Assembly (NCBI RefSeq): GCF_000016745.1
Contig: NC_009483.1
Coordinates: 3,630,001 to 3,662,000, forward strand
Length of the DNA: 32,000 nucleotides
Direction: 5' to 3'
Source of the DNA: Geotalea uraniireducens Rf4
Lineage (GTDB): Bacteria; Desulfobacterota; Desulfuromonadia; Geobacterales; Geobacteraceae
Positions within the stretch are counted from its first letter, which is position 1. The number at the start of each line of letters is the position of its first letter. Positions 29,289 to 32,000 of this stretch are shown piece by piece. The position numbers and the translations under genes are program-made. The notes beneath the pieces were generated by a model. It was not told the origin of the DNA, did no database searches, and worked only from the letters and a program-made list of their open reading frames with translations.

Positions 29289-32000
29289 TCACACCTCCAC
29301 CAATCCGCGTTTCCAGACGCTCGTCTGGTTACCCGCTAGACAATTGTGTTTGAAAGACGCTTCGCGGCTCTGCATCGCAAGAGGAGCCGATGAACCGTCT
29401 TGATAAATTCTGATACGGCTCAAGACCGGAGCCGGCAGGGGTTGTCTTTTGGTACGGGACTCCGTGTCCCTCCACACCTCTACGATGACATGAGCGTTGG
29501 TGCCTCCGTCGGCGAAACAGTTGATCGCTGCAATCTGCGGCTGATCGGTCCACTCCCTTAGCTCCCTGCAAAAATAAAAGGGAGACGACTCCAGGTCATA
29601 GTGCTCCATGGGCCGCTCTCCCGACAGGAATGGAACAAACTGCCGGTGCTGCAGCATCAAAACGACCTTGATAAAGCTCGCAATGCCTTCTGCACACAGG
29701 GGATGCCCGATATTGGGTTTCATCGAGCCCAATCCCAGAGGAGTAGACCCGACGGCGCGGTACACGGATTGAATGGCCTTGAGTTCTAGCAGGTCGGTAA
29801 CCTCAGTGCCCGATCCGTTCGCTTCGAGGTAACTGATCTCTTCCGCCCCCCTGCCGCTCCTTTCCAGGGCAGTCCGCATGACCTCTTTCTGCGCCTGGAG
29901 GTTCGGAGTAGCCGGACCGGCTGTTCTCCCGTCGTTATTGACGGCAACCGCTTTTATCACCGCGTGGATGGCATCCCCGTCTTGAAGCGCCCGCTCTACC
30001 GTCTTCAGTACGAGCACGCCTGCCCCCTCTCCCAATACGGCTCCGGCAGAGCGCCGATCAAAGAGATGAAAGTGCGGTTCCGGGCTCAAAATGTTTCTTT
30101 GCTGAAAGATCCGGTGGTATCCGTCCGTGTTCAGGAGACTCACTCCTCCCACCAAGGCCGAATCTATATCCCCACTGTGCAAGGCCTGAATCCCCATATT
30201 CATTGCCAGTAGCGCTGAAGAACAGGCGGTATCTATCACCACGCTGGGGCCCCGGAGATCGAAAAAATGAGAAATGTTGGCTGCCATGAAGTTCTGCCCA
30301 ACCAGTGTCGGGTTTCGGGCTTTCTCCAAGACGGCGAGGTCGGGTCGGTGTTGACTTCGGGCGCCCACGTAAACCCCTACCGAGGTTCCTTTTATTTCCC
30401 GAGGCGCATATCCGGCGTGGCACCATGCCTTGAGGGTTTCTTCCAATATGGCCAAGGCTTGCGGGTCCATTGCCTTGGCATCTTCTTCGGGGATTAAAAA
30501 AAACGACGGGTCGAAACAGGTGATATCGTCGAGCAGTCCCGCATGGAAAGCATTCGAATACCCCCAACGCTCCCGAGGCACCGCCCGTATCGCGGAGCGT
30601 CCTTGTGATAGCAAGCTCCAGTATTGATCGAGCGTTTCCGCTCCGGGAAAACGGCAGGACAGTCCGATGACCGCGATATCCTGGGAAACCGTGCCCCTCG
30701 TGTGCTCGGACCGTGGTTGTGATTCGTGCGTCGGAGCATGAGTCAATGGCACCAGGGGGGGGGCAGGGGCTGCATCGCGGTTCGTGCGATCGGTGTTTTG
30801 TTCAGGCGCCATCCCCAAAGCCGAGGTTAACCTTTCCGAATAGGCGCCCGCGAGCCACACGCCGAGCGCCCCGAGGCTCGAATGCTCGAGGAGTAACGAA
30901 GGGTCCAGATTATCTTCCGTCAATCGGTTGATCTGCCTCAAGATCTGGGCCAGTAAAATCGAATCGGCACCGTAGTCCTGAAATGGTGTGTCGAGATCGA
31001 GTTTCGCGGGATCGGCCCTCAATTCTTTAGCGAACAGCTCGATCAGCCATGCCTGGATCGTCTTTATGACGCCTTCACCGGGAGTTGAGCTTTCTGCAGG
31101 GGCCGGAGCTGAGAGGATCTTTTCCTGGACGGTTTTTTGAACGGCCCGTCGCATCAAGGCGGGGGGATTCCATCGGCCGGGATCAACCACTGCAGGCAGA
31201 ATTACCGGACCTTGTTCCCCGGACAGGATAGCGTCCATAAGCCACAATCCCTCTTGGTCCGTATGGGCCAACAGGCCCGTCTGTTGATAGACCCTGCTCC
31301 GGATCTCTCCCATGCCTGACTCTTTCCAGCTCGGCCATTGAATGCTGACGATGGGACAGGCAGCATGCTTTGCTTCAGCGAAATAATCCATGTAGCCGTT
31401 CGCCGTGGCATAATCGCTTTGCCCCGAACCCAAAACAGGAACGATCGCGGATACCGAGGAAAAAAGCATGAAAAACTGCAAAGGCTCATTCCTTAAGTTT
31501 CGATAGAGAATATCGAGCCCGATTATTTTAGGGTCCAAAACATCTTGAATCCCTTCGATGGATTTTCGGATGAACGCCGGATTTTCAAAATCGGCGAACC
31601 CCGCGCAGTGGATAACGCCTCCAACAGGCCCCATGCTGTCCTTGATCTGGCGAAGGTTTTTCTGTACGCAGCGCTCATCGGTCAACGGAAGAGAGATCGC
31701 ACAGACCTGCGCTCCCCGGCGCTCCAGTTCCTGTATGGCTTGAATTTTTTCGGAGATGCCCCCTTGTCGGCCCTTATAGGAGTCCCACTCTTCCCGGGAC
31801 GGCAGTGGCTCCCGCCCGGTCAACACCAGACGTTTGACGCCGTAGTTTTCCAGGAAATGCCGCGCGCATAGATACCCCAGACCGCGCGTCCCTCCCGTAA
31901 TCCACAGGACATGATTCTCGGGGAAAATGATTTTCCTGCCGCCTTGAACCGAATGCTCCACGAGGCCGGCGCGGTATCGATTTCCTTTTCTGTAACAAAT
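29289..32000 (-). CDS. trans-AT polyketide synthase subunit, 5'-truncated by the window edge: ...KR-ACP-KS0
   Basis: ORF track 29289..31961 starts at a GTG, but the frame stays open to base 32000 (my translation ICYRKGNRYRAGLVEHSV...). That sequence matches the KR N-terminal region of other modules (IRYQGGKRF...), so the gene continues upstream. Motifs: WITGGTRGLG, GQSDYATANGYMDYF, YGADSILLAQ, DTACSSALL, EANGSGT. Confidence 0.9.
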   Translation of the reverse strand: MCYRKGNRYRAGLVEHSVQGGRKIIFPENHVLWITGGTRGLGYLCARHFLENYGVKRLVLTGREPLPSREEWDSYKGRQGGISEKIQAIQELERRGAQVCAISLPLTDERCVQKNLRQIKDSMGPVGGVIHCAGFADFENPAFIRKSIEGIQDVLDPKIIGLDILYRNLRNEPLQFFMLFSSVSAIVPVLGSGQSDYATANGYMDYFAEAKHAACPIVSIQWPSWKESGMGEIRSRVYQQTGLLAHTDQEGLWLMDAILSGEQGPVILPAVVDPGRWNPPALMRRAVQKTVQEKILSAPAPAESSTPGEGVIKTIQAWLIELFAKELRADPAKLDLDTPFQDYGADSILLAQILRQINRLTEDNLDPSLLLEHSSLGALGVWLAGAYSERLTSALGMAPEQNTDRTNRDAAPAPPLVPLTHAPTHESQPRSEHTRGTVSQDIAVIGLSCRFPGAETLDQYWSLLSQGRSAIRAVPRERWGYSNAFHAGLLDDITCFDPSFFLIPEEDAKAMDPQALAILEETLKAWCHAGYAPREIKGTSVGVYVGARSQHRPDLAVLEKARNPTLVGQNFMAANISHFFDLRGPSVVIDTACSSALLAMNMGIQALHSGDIDSALVGGVSLLNTDGYHRIFQQRNILSPEPHFHLFDRRSAGAVLGEGAGVLVLKTVERALQDGDAIHAVIKAVAVNNDGRTAGPATPNLQAQKEVMRTALERSGRGAEEISYLEANGSGTEVTDLLELKAIQSVYRAVGSTPLGLGSMKPNIGHPLCAEGIASFIKVVLMLQHRQFVPFLSGERPMEHYDLESSPFYFCRELREWTDQPQIAAINCFADGGTNAHVIVEVWRDTESRTKRQPLPAPVLSRIRIYQDGSSAPLAMQSREASFKHNCLAGNQTSVWKRGLVEV
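29294..29298 (-). promoter_or_regulatory. Shine-Dalgarno of gene B (GGAGG), inside the last codons of gene A
   Basis: Minus strand reads GTGGAGGTGTGAAAATGCAG. The gene A stop TGA (29291-29289) sits 2 nt before ATG 29286. Confidence 0.65.
29470..30685 (-). other. Gene A KS0 (condensation-deficient KS: Cys present, first His -> Asn)
   Basis: DIAVIGLSCRFPGA, DTACSSALL (Cys codon 30222-30224), YLEANGSGTEVTD in place of EAHGTGT (Asn codon 29817-29819), PNIGHPLCAEG. Confidence 0.8.
30755..30763. repeat. G9 homopolymer (C9 on the coding strand) in the Pro-rich ACP-KS0 linker of gene A
   Basis: accaggggggggggcagg on the plus strand; encodes ...PAPPLVP.... Confidence 0.9.
30860..31100 (-). other. 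Gene A ACP
   Basis: LDTPFQDYGADSILLAQILRQI; the D-S dipeptide is encoded at 30960-30965. Confidence 0.8.
31140..32000 (-). other. Gene A KR domain (N-terminal part may lie outside the window)
   Basis: VLWITGGTRGLG Rossmann motif (~31880-31915); SSVSAIVPVLGSGQSDYATANGYMDYFA (~31381-31430). Confidence 0.8.

Noticed and set aside
29290-29292. GTG start for gene B as given by the ORF track.
   Set aside because: ATG 29286, two codons downstream, has an optimally spaced GGAGG. The GTG would sit only 1 nt from the SD. The difference is 2 aa and does not affect interpretation.
30496-30503. An A8 run (T8 on the coding strand) in gene A.
   Set aside because: It encodes SFFLI within the conserved KS N-terminal motif. 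It is shorter and less slippage-prone than the G9 run, and nothing else distinguishes it.
1-32000. Embedded acyltransferase, methyltransferase, enoylreductase, thioesterase or NRPS (C/A) domains.
   Set aside because: Scanning all four translated subunits showed no GHSxG/AFHS AT motifs, no SAM-binding MT motif block, no ER or TE motifs and no NRPS core motifs. Every inter-domain stretch is accounted for by KS flanking subdomains or KR structural subdomains.
1-32000. tRNA or rRNA genes, CRISPR arrays, transposases or terminal inverted repeats of an IS element.
   Set aside because: The sequence is essentially continuous PKS coding sequence. The only non-coding stretch (10429-10745) has no repeat-spacer structure, no convincing terminal inverted repeats and no transposase-like ORF.
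16560-32000. Assigning KR stereochemistry (A or B type) and hence double-bond geometry from LDD-like motifs.
   Set aside because: The motif region is ambiguous in several KRs (for example HCAGFADFENP and HCAGMAGKDP), and by-eye alignment is too uncertain to support a call.

Overview
The whole 32-kb window is one biosynthetic locus. Four co-directional, tightly packed minus-strand genes encode a modular polyketide synthase with no acyltransferase domains (trans-AT type).

Genes in order of translation:
- Gene A (29289..>32000, 5' end outside the window): KR-ACP-KS0.
- Gene B (14677..29286, about 4.87k aa): DH-ACP / KS-[Ser-less ACP-like insert]-DH0-KR-ACP / KS-DH-ACP / KS-KR-ACP / KS0.
- Gene C (10746..14693): DH-ACP-extra hot-dog domain / KS plus a DH-docking-like tail.
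- Gene D (<1..10428, 3' end outside the window): DH-KR-ACP / KS-DH-KR-ACP / KS-DH-KR(partial). It is missing from the supplied ORF track only because its stop codon lies beyond base 1.

Domain totals: 8 KS (2 with the HGTGT His replaced by Asn), 8 ACP, 6 KR and 8 DH-type hot-dog domains. I see no AT, MT, ER, TE or NRPS domains, no RNA genes, no CRISPR array and no clear mobile element.

Most notable observations:
1. Two paralogous split KR-ACP-KS0 | DH-ACP units.
2. A gene C | gene D split inside the DH N-terminus, flanked by an imperfect direct repeat with a period of exactly 336 nt. The downstream repeat copy supplies the Shine-Dalgarno sequence of gene D, and the repeats enclose a 317-nt spacer of unknown nature.
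3. A block of about 9.9 kb with low G+C (about 8650-18560) embedded in frame in otherwise G+C-rich PKS genes. One boundary falls at a KS C-terminus.
4. A recent gene-conversion-like tract shared by two DH domains.
5. A His-less DH, a Ser-less carrier-protein-like insertion in a KS flanking subdomain, and a hot-dog domain placed between an ACP and a KS.

All long plus-strand ORFs look like antisense artefacts. Domain boundaries are motif-anchored estimates (roughly +/-50 nt). No database search or computation beyond hand counting was possible.
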